Below the pieces are notes generated by a model, which searched no databases, had not been told where the DNA came from, and saw nothing but the letters and a program-made list of their open reading frames with translations. Positions 1-8,222 of a stretch of DNA of 16,000 bases are shown here, one piece after another. A program made the translations under genes and the position numbers. The stretch comes from Nitrincola tibetensis (GTDB lineage: Bacteria; Pseudomonadota; Gammaproteobacteria; Pseudomonadales; Balneatricaceae): positions 18,003 to 34,002 of the forward strand of contig NZ_QKRX01000012.1 of NCBI RefSeq assembly GCF_003284585.1, written 5' to 3'. How positions within the stretch are numbered: position 1 is the stretch's first letter; every line of letters starts with the position of its first letter.

Positions 1-1
1 G

Positions 2-1036
2 GTTGGGTTTCAAGGCTGTGCAATCACGGGCACAGACTTATCCCAAGAAAAAACGCCGTTAACGGAATGGCTTGACCAAGGCATGCAAGGTGAAATGCAC
101 TACTTGTCTGACAATATCGAAAAGCGCTTAGATGCCTCATTATTAGTGCCTGGCACTCAACGCATTATTAGCGTCAGAATGGATTATTTGCCTGCTGATA
201 TCAAAACTCTTGAACTTCTTTCTCAACCCGACAAAGCATACATTGCGCGCTACACTCTGGGTAGAGACTATCATAAACTGATTCGCCAACGCCTCAAGCA
301 ACTTGGAAACAAAATTCAAGCATCAACAGGGCACGAAGTGTCGTTTCGCCCCTTTACGGACAGCGCTCCCGTGTTAGAACGCCCAATAGCGCGAAACGCA
401 GGCCTTGGCTGGATAGGAAAACACACCTTACTGCTGAACCGAAAAGCCGGTTCTTGGTTTTTTTTGGGTGAGCTATTCATCAACCTCCCCTTACCGATTG
501 ATCCTCCCGAAACTGAGCAACACTGTGGACGCTGTACGGCTTGTTTGGATATATGCCCCACTCGTGCTTTCCCTAAGCCTTACGTTTTGGATGCAAGGCG
601 CTGCATTTCTTACCTAACCATCGAGTACAAAGGCAGCATCCCTATAGAGCTTCGTCCATTAATGGGCAACCGTATCTTTGGTTGCGATGACTGTCAGTTA
701 GTGTGCCCGTGGAACCGATTTGCAAAACACAGCCAAGAAACGGACTTCAAACCAAGACATGGACTCGACGATATCGAACTGATTGAACTGTTTGAATGGG
801 ATGAAGCCACTTTTTTGAAACGCACCGAGGGCTCTGCAATACGTCGCACAGGGTTTGAAGGCTGGCAGCGCAACATTGCCATTGCGCTGGGAAATAGCAG
901 AGGCGGCCCTCGTATTTTGAAAGCATTACAAGAGCGCCATCCAATGGCATCCCCCTTAGTTCAGGAGCATATAGAGTGGGCGCTCAATGAACTAGTGTCT
1001 AAAACATCCAAGCCTGAGCCTAGTCTTACAATCTAA
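2..1036 (+). CDS. queG: Epoxyqueuosine reductase QueG, 5' end cut by window edge
   Basis: The frame is open from nt 2 ([35 protein letters not shown]...), so the ATG at 83 is internal. Two ferredoxin-type cysteine clusters are present ([12 protein letters not shown] and [11 protein letters not shown]). Overall similarity to QueG/YjeS. Confidence 0.9.
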   Translation, partial: VGFQGCAITGTDLSQEKTPLTEWLDQGMQGEMHYLSDNIEKRLDASLLVPGTQRIISVRMDYLPADIKTLELLSQPDKAYIARYTLGRDYHKLIRQRLKQLGNKIQASTGHEVSFRPFTDSAPVLERPIARNAGLGWIGKHTLLLNRKAGSWFFLGELFINLPLPIDPPETEQHCGRCTACLDICPTRAFPKPYVLDARRCISYLTIEYKGSIPIELRPLMGNRIFGCDDCQLVCPWNRFAKHSQETDFKPRHGLDDIELIELFEWDEATFLKRTEGSAIRRTGFEGWQRNIAIALGNSRGGPRILKALQERHPMASPLVQEHIEWALNELVSKTSKPEPSLTI

Positions 1037-1568
1037 AGAAGTGACGACGATAGTAACGTAACTCCTCAATGGATTCACGGATATCATCTAAGGCCAAATG
1101 CGTTCCTTTTTTCTTAAAGCCATCCATTATCGAAGGCTTCCAACGCTTGGCGAGTTCTTTGATTGAGCTAACATCGAGATTACGATAATGAAAATGCGCT
1201 TCCAGATCTGGCATATACTTACATAAAAAACGACGATCCTGGCCTATGCTGTTACCGCACATAGGCGAGCCACCTTTAACTGAATGTGCACTTAGAAAGC
1301 TTAGCATTTGCTCTTGCGCCATACTCTCTGTGGTTTGACTCTCTCTCACTCTTTGAGTCAGTCCAGACTGCCCATGCTGACGCGTACACCATTCATCCAT
1401 CTGTGTTAACAATGAATCCGGTTGATAGACGGTAATCACTGGACTTTCGGCAATTAAGTTTAAATCACTATCGGTCACAATTGCCGCCATTTCAATAATA
1501 CGATCCCGCTCTGGATCCAAGCCCGTCATTTCCAAATCGATCCAGAGTAGTGGTTGCTGCTGCGACAT
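1026..1568 (-). CDS. orn: Oligoribonuclease (DEDDh 3'-5' exonuclease)
   Basis: 180 aa. The N-terminus [27 protein letters not shown] is the Exo I motif. [11 protein letters not shown] and the C-terminal [18 protein letters not shown] are typical of Orn. Divergent from rsgA, as in E. coli. Confidence 0.95.
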   Translation of the reverse strand: MSQQQPLLWIDLEMTGLDPERDRIIEMAAIVTDSDLNLIAESPVITVYQPDSLLTQMDEWCTRQHGQSGLTQRVRESQTTESMAQEQMLSFLSAHSVKGGSPMCGNSIGQDRRFLCKYMPDLEAHFHYRNLDVSSIKELAKRWKPSIMDGFKKKGTHLALDDIRESIEELRYYRRHFFRL

Positions 1569-1664
1569 GTGTTCGACTCCTGATATAAAGCTGTATATTT
1601 ATCTAAGATTAGAATACCTTATTCAGACTTTGAAAAATATCGTCAGGAAACAACTTAAACCAGC

Positions 1665-2690
1665 ATGTCCAAACGTAAAGTATCACGTCGTCAATCATGG
1701 CGAATTGAAAAAATTCAGAAAGAACGCACAGAACGTGCCAATCGACTCGACAATCTAATCGATGAACGCTTAGAAGGTGGCGAGTTAGGCGTTGAGCAAA
1801 ACGGGCTTGTGATTTCACACTTCGGCAAACAACTGGATGTTGAAGCCTTGGATGGCGATGAAGCTGGACGCATTATTCGCTGCCACATGCGAACTCATTT
1901 AGGACAGCTTGTCACTGGCGATCGAGTTATTTGGCGTGCATCCCCTGATGGTGGCGTAGTTGTCGCCGTGAGGCCTCGGCACAGCCAATTACAAAGACCC
2001 AACAATCACGGTGAACTCAAACCTGTCGCCGCCAATATCGACCAAATCATTATCACTTTGGCACCTGAACCTAGAGCACACGCCAACCTGATTGATCGTT
2101 ATCTTATTGCCGCCGAAATCTCTGGTATTGAGCCGATCCTACTGCTCAACAAGACAGACCTACTAAATGATCTTAATCGAGCTTGGCTGGAACCCTTACT
2201 AGCGCTTTATCAAGACATAGGCTATAAAATCCTGCATGCCTCTACCACTGAACGCCAAGGGCTTGTTGAATTAAAAGCAACACTTGATGAACGCATTAGC
2301 GTATTTGTGGGTCAATCGGGTGTTGGTAAATCCTCATTGGTCAATACACTACTTCCAGGTGTTGACCTAAGAATAGGTGCACTGTCTGAGCAAAGTGGCA
2401 AAGGAAAGCACACGACAACGACCGCTCGACTGTTTCACCTACCCGACGGCGGTGACTTAATAGACTCCCCAGGCATCCGCGAATTTGCGCTATGGCACAT
2501 GAGCCCAGATGAGGTTCTTGAAGGTTTTCGAGAGTTTGCACCTTACGTTGGACATTGCCGCTTTAGGGACTGTCAACATGAGCGCGAACCAGGGTGTGCG
2601 CTTAAGCAAGCAATTGAAGAAGGTAACATCACTGAACAACGCTTCCTTAGTTACAAGATGATTCTTAACTCTGTTGATGAAAAACTATAA
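1665..2690 (+). CDS. rsgA: Ribosome small-subunit-dependent GTPase A (RsgA/YjeQ)
   Basis: GTPase motifs are in circularly permuted order: NKTD (G4), then GQSGVGKSS (G1), then DSPG (G3). C-terminal zinc knuckle [14 protein letters not shown]. The N-terminus MSKRK... is collinear with E. coli RsgA. Confidence 0.95.
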   Translation: MSKRKVSRRQSWRIEKIQKERTERANRLDNLIDERLEGGELGVEQNGLVISHFGKQLDVEALDGDEAGRIIRCHMRTHLGQLVTGDRVIWRASPDGGVVVAVRPRHSQLQRPNNHGELKPVAANIDQIIITLAPEPRAHANLIDRYLIAAEISGIEPILLLNKTDLLNDLNRAWLEPLLALYQDIGYKILHASTTERQGLVELKATLDERISVFVGQSGVGKSSLVNTLLPGVDLRIGALSEQSGKGKHTTTTARLFHLPDGGDLIDSPGIREFALWHMSPDEVLEGFREFAPYVGHCRFRDCQHEREPGCALKQAIEEGNITEQRFLSYKMILNSVDEKL

Positions 2691-2726
2691 ACTGAGTGAT
2701 TATTTGCACGAACGGGATCGTCAACC

Positions 2727-4358
2727 ATGAGTAATACAATTTCACCAAAAGGTGTAGACGCGTGGCTCACCTTCTTAACAGACAAGCCGCTCCCCGTTCG
2801 AGCTAGCACACTAATCCGACTCAAAAAGGCCTTAAATAGCCCATCCAGCACGCTGATAACCTTGCCTCCCATTATTAGCCACGACCCTGTGCTCTGCTTC
2901 CACTTATGCTGTGAAGCGCAACGATTATTGGCCAACCGTCATGCCAAAGTCACCAGTTTAAATCATGCCGTGCAGGCACTAGGGTTTGACCGAATTGAAC
3001 AATTGGCTGCAAATTTAACCGTTCTAAAGCTCAACCCGCATAGCACTCCACAAAAAATGTACTTCAGAGCCATTGCGGATAGTCATCATGCGGCAACACA
3101 AGTGGCTGATTGGTTGCATTTACGCAATGCTAGCTATCGTGAAGAAGCCAAAATGGCATCCTTATTTTATGGTTTTATCCATTGGCTCATGTGGCTTTAC
3201 GCACCTTTTCACAAAGAGGCCTATCAAGAAAAAGTGTACAAACACAATCAGGATGTCGTCCTCGCTGAGCACGATGTTTTCGGCTGTACACTACAAGAAC
3301 TAGGGCAAAAGCTAGGCTCTCTTTTACATGTACCCGAGCTGACACTTGACGCATTGAATCATGACTCCTCCCCCTCTTCATCTTTACTAGGGCTGTTGCA
3401 TCTTAAAGCCATGGGGGATGCACGTCTGGAGGTAAAAGACCTAAGAGAGGTGAACCACCTAATTCAACAACCTTTTTTTCCAGTTAAACTTAGCAACTGG
3501 TTAGCACTGACCGCAACAAGAGGATGGGACAGCGATAAAGCAAAACGGATTTTCGAAATTATCAGCGACTATTTACAACTTCGTGGATACGATGCGCAAG
3601 CGCGCTTGCATACCCAATGCGCTGAATCCGCACGACAATACCATCTCCCAGGCGTACTTTCCCCTGCAACAGAGCTTTTGTGGATCGCATCAAAACCATA
3701 CATCCCTGGACTCTTTTCCAGTGCAGAAAAAGCACAAAGCGAATCACTTTATCCGCCCATTGCTTCAACCTTACCAGAACCTGTAGAACCCACACCCGTT
3801 GCTGATCAAGAAACTCAATCTCTGCCGGTTCCTGATTTTGCTGATGCCGAAACATATAAGCATATTGCCACACAGTTCCACGCGGCGGATAGCGGTTACA
3901 GCCGACCAGGTCAGGTCTTAAAAGACTTATTAAAAGGCTTAAAGCTAGGATTAGGTCTAGAAAGAGTACTTCTGCTGTCGGTTGATGTGCCTAACAATCG
4001 CATCCAAACAGCCTATCAGGTAGGATTCGGCAAAGACCATGCGCTAACGGGGTTTGAAATGGCCTATGACATCCCCTCATTGCTGAAACGCCTTTGCGAA
4101 AAACCTGCAAATCATGTATGCCAAAAATCGAATCGCAAACAGACACACCAAGCCCTGCCTCATGACTTTTTAAAGCATGTTTCGGAAAGCGATTTCATCA
4201 TGATGTCGATTTTTTGCAACAAAATGCCTATCGGCATAGTCTATGCTGACAGAGTACCGAATTCGCTTGAGCTGGATGACTTTTATTGCGAACGCTTTCG
4301 CTATCTGTGCTCCTCAGCGACCCTAGCCATGAAATATATGAAACAGGACTCAATGTGA
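2727..4358 (+). CDS. HDOD-domain protein with Pro-rich linker and C-terminal GAF-like domain; no recognisable output domain
   Basis: 543 aa. The N-terminal pattern LPVRASTLIRLKKALNSPSSTLITLPPIISHDPVLCFHLCCEAQ...VTSLNHAVQALGFDRIEQL fits HDOD. A low-complexity segment PPIASTLPEPVEPTPVADQETQSLPVPDF lies at about nt 3720-3850. The C-terminal 150 aa (LGLERVLLLSVDVPNNRIQTAYQVG...MPIGIVYADRV...) looks GAF-like. The stop overlaps the psd GTG start. Confidence 0.7.
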   Translation: MSNTISPKGVDAWLTFLTDKPLPVRASTLIRLKKALNSPSSTLITLPPIISHDPVLCFHLCCEAQRLLANRHAKVTSLNHAVQALGFDRIEQLAANLTVLKLNPHSTPQKMYFRAIADSHHAATQVADWLHLRNASYREEAKMASLFYGFIHWLMWLYAPFHKEAYQEKVYKHNQDVVLAEHDVFGCTLQELGQKLGSLLHVPELTLDALNHDSSPSSSLLGLLHLKAMGDARLEVKDLREVNHLIQQPFFPVKLSNWLALTATRGWDSDKAKRIFEIISDYLQLRGYDAQARLHTQCAESARQYHLPGVLSPATELLWIASKPYIPGLFSSAEKAQSESLYPPIASTLPEPVEPTPVADQETQSLPVPDFADAETYKHIATQFHAADSGYSRPGQVLKDLLKGLKLGLGLERVLLLSVDVPNNRIQTAYQVGFGKDHALTGFEMAYDIPSLLKRLCEKPANHVCQKSNRKQTHQALPHDFLKHVSESDFIMMSIFCNKMPIGIVYADRVPNSLELDDFYCERFRYLCSSATLAMKYMKQDSM

Positions 4359-5221
4359 ACAAAGCTCTTTTTATCGGTTTCCAAAAATTAGTGCCTCAAC
4401 ATTACTTATCGCGCCTCGTCGGATCTCTGGCAAATTGTAAAACACCTTGGGTTAAGAAACGTTTTATCCATTGGTTTCACAAGCAGTACAACATAGAGAT
4501 GAAAGATGCACTGGTAGAAGACATCGACGCCTACGCATGCTTTAACGATTTTTTCACACGTGCACTTAAGCCAGATGCTCGCCCCATTGACTCAAATCCC
4601 TTGAGCATAACCTCTCCCGCCGATGGAGCCATCAGTCAAATTGGAAAAATTGAACATGGTCGTGTATTTCAAGCCAAAGGGCGCACCTATGGCGTGACAA
4701 CGCTATTAGGTGGCGAGGAGTCGCGTGCTCAGCCTTTCATCAATGGTGACTTTGCGACAATTTACTTATCCCCGAGAGATTATCACCGCGTCCATATGCC
4801 AATCAGTGGCGTGCTGAAAGAGACTGTATATATTCCTGGTGATTTATACTCTGTGAATCAAACAACGGCTGAAGAAGTAGACCAGCTGTTCGCGCGCAAC
4901 GAGCGCTTAGTGGCTATTTTTGATACTGAAATTGGACCAATGGCCATGGTCCTAGTCGGAGCAATGATCGTTGCAGGTATCGAAGTTGTCTGGCAAGGAC
5001 AGGTTGCACCTCCACTGAAAAAACCGACAATCCTCGACCGTCAATTTTCACCGCCCATCAATTTGGGAAAAGGCGAAGAAATGGGACGCTTTATGCTAGG
5101 CTCTACGGTTATTTTATTGTTTGGGAAAAACGCAATTCAATGGGCAGACTCCTTACACGCAAACAGCCCAGTGCAACTTGGCAAGCCCATTGCACACTTT
5201 AGCAATACGGTGAACACTTAA
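4355..5221 (+). CDS. psd: Phosphatidylserine decarboxylase proenzyme
   Basis: LGST self-cleavage motif (RFMLGSTVILLF) and DYHRVHMP motif. I place the start at GTG 4355, which gives 288 aa and overlaps the upstream TGA as GTGA. The listed ATG at 4286 would overlap the upstream gene by 73 nt. Confidence 0.9.
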   Translation: MNKALFIGFQKLVPQHYLSRLVGSLANCKTPWVKKRFIHWFHKQYNIEMKDALVEDIDAYACFNDFFTRALKPDARPIDSNPLSITSPADGAISQIGKIEHGRVFQAKGRTYGVTTLLGGEESRAQPFINGDFATIYLSPRDYHRVHMPISGVLKETVYIPGDLYSVNQTTAEEVDQLFARNERLVAIFDTEIGPMAMVLVGAMIVAGIEVVWQGQVAPPLKKPTILDRQFSPPINLGKGEEMGRFMLGSTVILLFGKNAIQWADSLHANSPVQLGKPIAHFSNTVNT

Positions 5222-5240
5222 TAACCATGCATTTTATCTG

Positions 5241-6350
5241 ATGATAGTCCCTCAGAACCTGTCTAAAATAGTACGACTTAATCCCAATAAACTAGCAGAG
5301 TGTTTGGACAATATGGATTTATCACAGCATGTATTTTTGAGCCATCTCAAAGGCAGCGTTGTAAATGGGTTGTTTGCGTGTGAGCAGCCAGATCCATCGT
5401 CAAACTGCTTTGTTACTCCACTTCTTCATCAAACATTGCTGTCTGTTGAGGGTCCTGATGCACACAAGTTTCTTCAGGGCCAACTCAGCTGTGATCTTCG
5501 AGAAGTTGATCAAGATGGAAGCCGTTTAGGTACGCATTGCAATATAAAGGGACACATTGCCAGCCTTTATCGTGTTATGCGCTCCCCTGAACAGGGATAT
5601 TGGTTAAGAGTCCATCACACCCTGACGGATACAGGTTTCAACCTGCTCAAAAAGTACAGTATTTTTTCTAAGGTAAGCCTTCAAAACCTATCCCAATCGC
5701 ATTCTGGCCTTGGCTTTTCCGGCTCGTTGGCTAAGGACTGTTTACAGCATTGCCTCGGACAACCTATTGCGCTGGAAGAGTATCATTCCATTCGCAATGA
5801 ACATTGGACCCTGACACGCATCCCAGGTAATCGCTATGAACTCTGGGGCACAACGGAAATTTTAGCCGCCTTACTTCCTGAGATACTCGCTTTAGCATCA
5901 CCTGCCCCAACCGAACAATGGATTTTGCAGGACATAGAACAAGGCTTGCCCGATATCAGACCTGAAACTCAAGAGAGCTTCATCCCACAAATGCTCAACC
6001 TTCAGGTTTTCAAGGGCATTAGCTTTAATAAAGGCTGCTATACAGGGCAAGAAATTGTGACGCGCCTGCAACACCGAGGGCAACTCAAAAAGCCAATGTA
6101 TAGAGCGCAGGTCACAGCGAAACAAGCACCGACTCCAGGCGATATGATTAATAGTGATTCAAAAGAGGGGGTTGGCCAAGTTGTTATATCAGCCACCTCA
6201 AATATTAATGCAAATCAGTATGAATTACTGGCTGTCATTAATAAAGAGCGCGCCGAAAACGAGCAAATCTTCCTTGCAACAGGTGAGCCATTATCACTTT
6301 TAGAATTGCCTTACCATCTAGATCCTAGACTCTTCGAAAGTAAGCGATAA
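5241..6350 (+). CDS. ygfZ: Folate-binding tRNA-modification / Fe-S cluster repair protein YgfZ
   Basis: Signature KGCYTGQEIVTRLQHRGQLKK and an aminomethyltransferase-like fold pattern (LLSVEGPDAHKFLQGQLSCDL). The start is ambiguous: ATG 5241 or ATG 5313 (MDLSQ...). Neither has a strong RBS. Confidence 0.85.
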   Translation: MIVPQNLSKIVRLNPNKLAECLDNMDLSQHVFLSHLKGSVVNGLFACEQPDPSSNCFVTPLLHQTLLSVEGPDAHKFLQGQLSCDLREVDQDGSRLGTHCNIKGHIASLYRVMRSPEQGYWLRVHHTLTDTGFNLLKKYSIFSKVSLQNLSQSHSGLGFSGSLAKDCLQHCLGQPIALEEYHSIRNEHWTLTRIPGNRYELWGTTEILAALLPEILALASPAPTEQWILQDIEQGLPDIRPETQESFIPQMLNLQVFKGISFNKGCYTGQEIVTRLQHRGQLKKPMYRAQVTAKQAPTPGDMINSDSKEGVGQVVISATSNINANQYELLAVINKERAENEQIFLATGEPLSLLELPYHLDPRLFESKR

Positions 6351-6393
6351 AAAAATGAAAAAAATCGCATTTTAAGTGCTTTTTAACGACAAT

Positions 6394-6422
6394 TTGACAG
6401 TGCAAGTTGGAAATAATTCAAT
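6394..6422 (+). promoter_or_regulatory. Candidate sigma70 promoter for the lipoprotein operon
   Basis: TTGACA (6394-6399), 17-nt spacer, TTCAAT (6417-6422), about 65 nt upstream of ATG 6488. Pattern match only. Confidence 0.3.
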
Positions 6423-6487
6423 TACACTTAATCAAGTCTCACTCTGATTGCGTCAGCAAGCGAACTTATTTTAAGGAAGCGTTAACC

Positions 6488-7159
6488 ATGATCCGGAAGG
6501 TTTCTCTAATCGCGTTAGGTTCTGTTCTGTTAAGCGGATGTTTTAATGTACAGACCTCCCAAGCACCGATTGCCACTACTTATCCATTAACTACGCAGCA
6601 GAAAATGCAAGCCGCACATCATTGGGATGTATTGGCGATGCACCAGGCTGAGCAGATAATGAGCAATGAACTCCTGTTAGCTAGACCTCTTTATATCAAT
6701 GAGGATCATGCGACGAGTCAGTTCACAGAAGCGTTTGGATCTCTTCTGACCAGCCATTTGGTTAGCCGTGGAGCCAGCGTCAAAACAACCGAAGCAAACA
6801 GTTTGAATGTAAGCTTCACGGTTCAAGCAGTCAAACACAAAGATCGTGGATATGTACGTGCACCTCAAGGCGCTTTAACTGCGCTAACCGCAGGTATTGC
6901 CGTTGCCACGATTCCGTACAACAAACTCAGCGAGCCTGCTTTGACCCTTATCCCTCTTGCCGCCGCCGCTGATCTATTTAGTGGCAACTGGACAAGCAAA
7001 AGTGATCAAGAAGTGATTATCACTACGCAGGTGACCGATAGAGACCGGATTCTATATTCGACCTCTAATATTTACTACATCAACGGCGGTGACCATGATC
7101 ACTATCAATCTCGCCGTGTGACCCCCACTCGCACTGTTAACTTAACGAATACTTGGTAA
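6488..7159 (+). CDS. Predicted outer-membrane lipoprotein, family not recognised
   Basis: Start placed at ATG 6488, preceded by AGGAAG. Signal peptide MIRKVSLIALGSVLLSG|C has a lipobox LSGC (Cys codon 6539-6541) with Phe at +2. Ala-rich hydrophobic stretches GALTALTAGIAVATIPY and LTLIPLAAAADLF. The TTG start at 6407 in the ORF track is rejected. Confidence 0.7.
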   Translation: MIRKVSLIALGSVLLSGCFNVQTSQAPIATTYPLTTQQKMQAAHHWDVLAMHQAEQIMSNELLLARPLYINEDHATSQFTEAFGSLLTSHLVSRGASVKTTEANSLNVSFTVQAVKHKDRGYVRAPQGALTALTAGIAVATIPYNKLSEPALTLIPLAAAADLFSGNWTSKSDQEVIITTQVTDRDRILYSTSNIYYINGGDHDHYQSRRVTPTRTVNLTNTW

Positions 7160-7169
7160 GGAGTACCTA

Positions 7170-7727
7170 ATGAAAAGAATTGGAATTCCTTCGTTGTCGC
7201 AAGCGGCCGTCCTACTTCTGGTCCTACTATTTGCTGTTGGATGTAGTAGCAACCGTCCAGTCAATACGGCAAGCCAAGATATTCAAGTCGATGTTGTTGG
7301 TGAGTTACGTAAAGCATCTAAGCATCTTTTTGCAGTCACAGCGCCCTTGGATATCAACCAGCCTGTGTTAACCGCCAGCTTTGCAAGCATTGATGATTTA
7401 CAACAATCCTCCACCTTTGGTCGTCAAGCTGCCGAAGTATTTACATCTGAACTTGCACGCACCGGAGTGCCTGTCGTTGAGGTGAAAATGCGTGACAGCC
7501 TGTTCATTCAAGAAAGAACTGGCGAGTTGATGCTATCTAGAGAATTGCGTCATCTATCGACTTCCCATAACGCTCAAGCGGTTCTAGTGGGAACCTATGC
7601 GATTGGTGGAACTCATTTGTATGTAAATGTGCGAGTTGTTCGCACAGCAGACAATGTCATTTTAGGTTCACATAACTTCAGCCTACCGATCAATCGCGAT
7701 CTTAGAAGCATGCTTCCTAGACGTTAA
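7170..7727 (+). CDS. Predicted outer-membrane lipoprotein, FlgO / LpoB / TolB-N-like fold (by eye)
   Basis: Signal peptide with lipobox AVGC (Cys codon 7242-7244) and Ser at +2. The upstream stop and the SD are fused as TAAGGAG (7157-7163), 6 nt before the ATG. The core ASIDDLQQSSTFGRQAAEVFTSELARTGVPVVEV...NAQAVLVGTYAIGGTHLYVNVRVVRTADNVILGSHNF resembles FlgO-family proteins. Confidence 0.65.
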   Translation: MKRIGIPSLSQAAVLLLVLLFAVGCSSNRPVNTASQDIQVDVVGELRKASKHLFAVTAPLDINQPVLTASFASIDDLQQSSTFGRQAAEVFTSELARTGVPVVEVKMRDSLFIQERTGELMLSRELRHLSTSHNAQAVLVGTYAIGGTHLYVNVRVVRTADNVILGSHNFSLPINRDLRSMLPRR

Positions 7728-7741
7728 TATTTAGCTTAATC

Positions 7742-7773
7742 AAAAAACCAGAGCGATGTCTCTGGTTTTTTTT
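7742..7773 (+). terminator. Rho-independent terminator of the lipoprotein operon
   Basis: aaaaaaCCAGAG-cgatgt-CTCTGGtttttttt. A 6-bp GC core extends to 12 bp through A/T pairs, followed by a T8 run. The flanking A-run could allow it to work in both directions. Confidence 0.85.
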
Positions 7774-7840
7774 GCTCAAAAACGCTCGCCTTCCTGATAT
7801 CAAAAACGCCCTCTTTTTAACCCTACAAATTACTATTAAC

Positions 7841-7873
7841 GCTATTGATAATAATTATTAATAGTAATAGTAT
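7841..7873 (+). promoter_or_regulatory. Fur box overlapping a sigma70-like promoter
   Basis: GCTATTGATAATAATTATT (7841-7859) matches GATAATGATAATCATTATC at 15/19 by hand alignment. The core TGATAAT-A-ATTATTA (7846-7860) is a 7-1-7 inverted repeat with one mismatch. TTGATA (7845-7850), 17-nt spacer, TAGTAT (7868-7873). Confidence 0.6.
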
Positions 7874-7904
7874 GAAGGGAATCACTCAACTGGAGGCTCT
7901 CATC

Positions 7905-8222
7905 ATGACCGAACAAACAGCTTGTGACTTATCGGAATACTTATCTTATCACTATGATGAAATACACGCCTATTTAAGCGGCCGCTTTGGCTCAGAAGGC
8001 TTCGCTGAAGAAATCATTAGCGATCTACTTTTTTATCTATGGAATACACCCATGAGTGCACTCCCCCAGCAGGCCATGCAGAATATTCTCATGCTAGCAG
8101 GTCGATTAGGAAACTACAGAAAGCAGCGTCAAAAGCTGATTAGAGATGATTTACAGATTAAACACTATCAGGTAGCTGCCAGTTTATCGGCATTTGATGG
8201 TGTTGCTCTAAATAAAGGTTAG
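7905..8222 (+). CDS. Hypothetical 105-aa protein; N-terminal part resembles ECF sigma region 2 only; possibly a gene remnant
   Basis: GGAGG (7892-7896) lies 8 nt before ATG 7905. [34 protein letters not shown] and [16 protein letters not shown] resemble sigma70_r2 of FecI/PvdS-type sigmas, but there is no region 4. The last 65 nt (8158-8222) are antisense to the ung 3' end. Confidence 0.4.
   Translation: MTEQTACDLSEYLSYHYDEIHAYLSGRFGSEGFAEEIISDLLFYLWNTPMSALPQQAMQNILMLAGRLGNYRKQRQKLIRDDLQIKHYQVAASLSAFDGVALNKG

Noticed and set aside
6344-6368. Possible terminator after ygfZ (GCGAT-15 nt A-rich loop-ATCGC)
   Set aside because: The stem is 5 bp with a large A-rich loop and a poor U-tract, too weak to call. 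ygfZ may read through or terminate by another mechanism.
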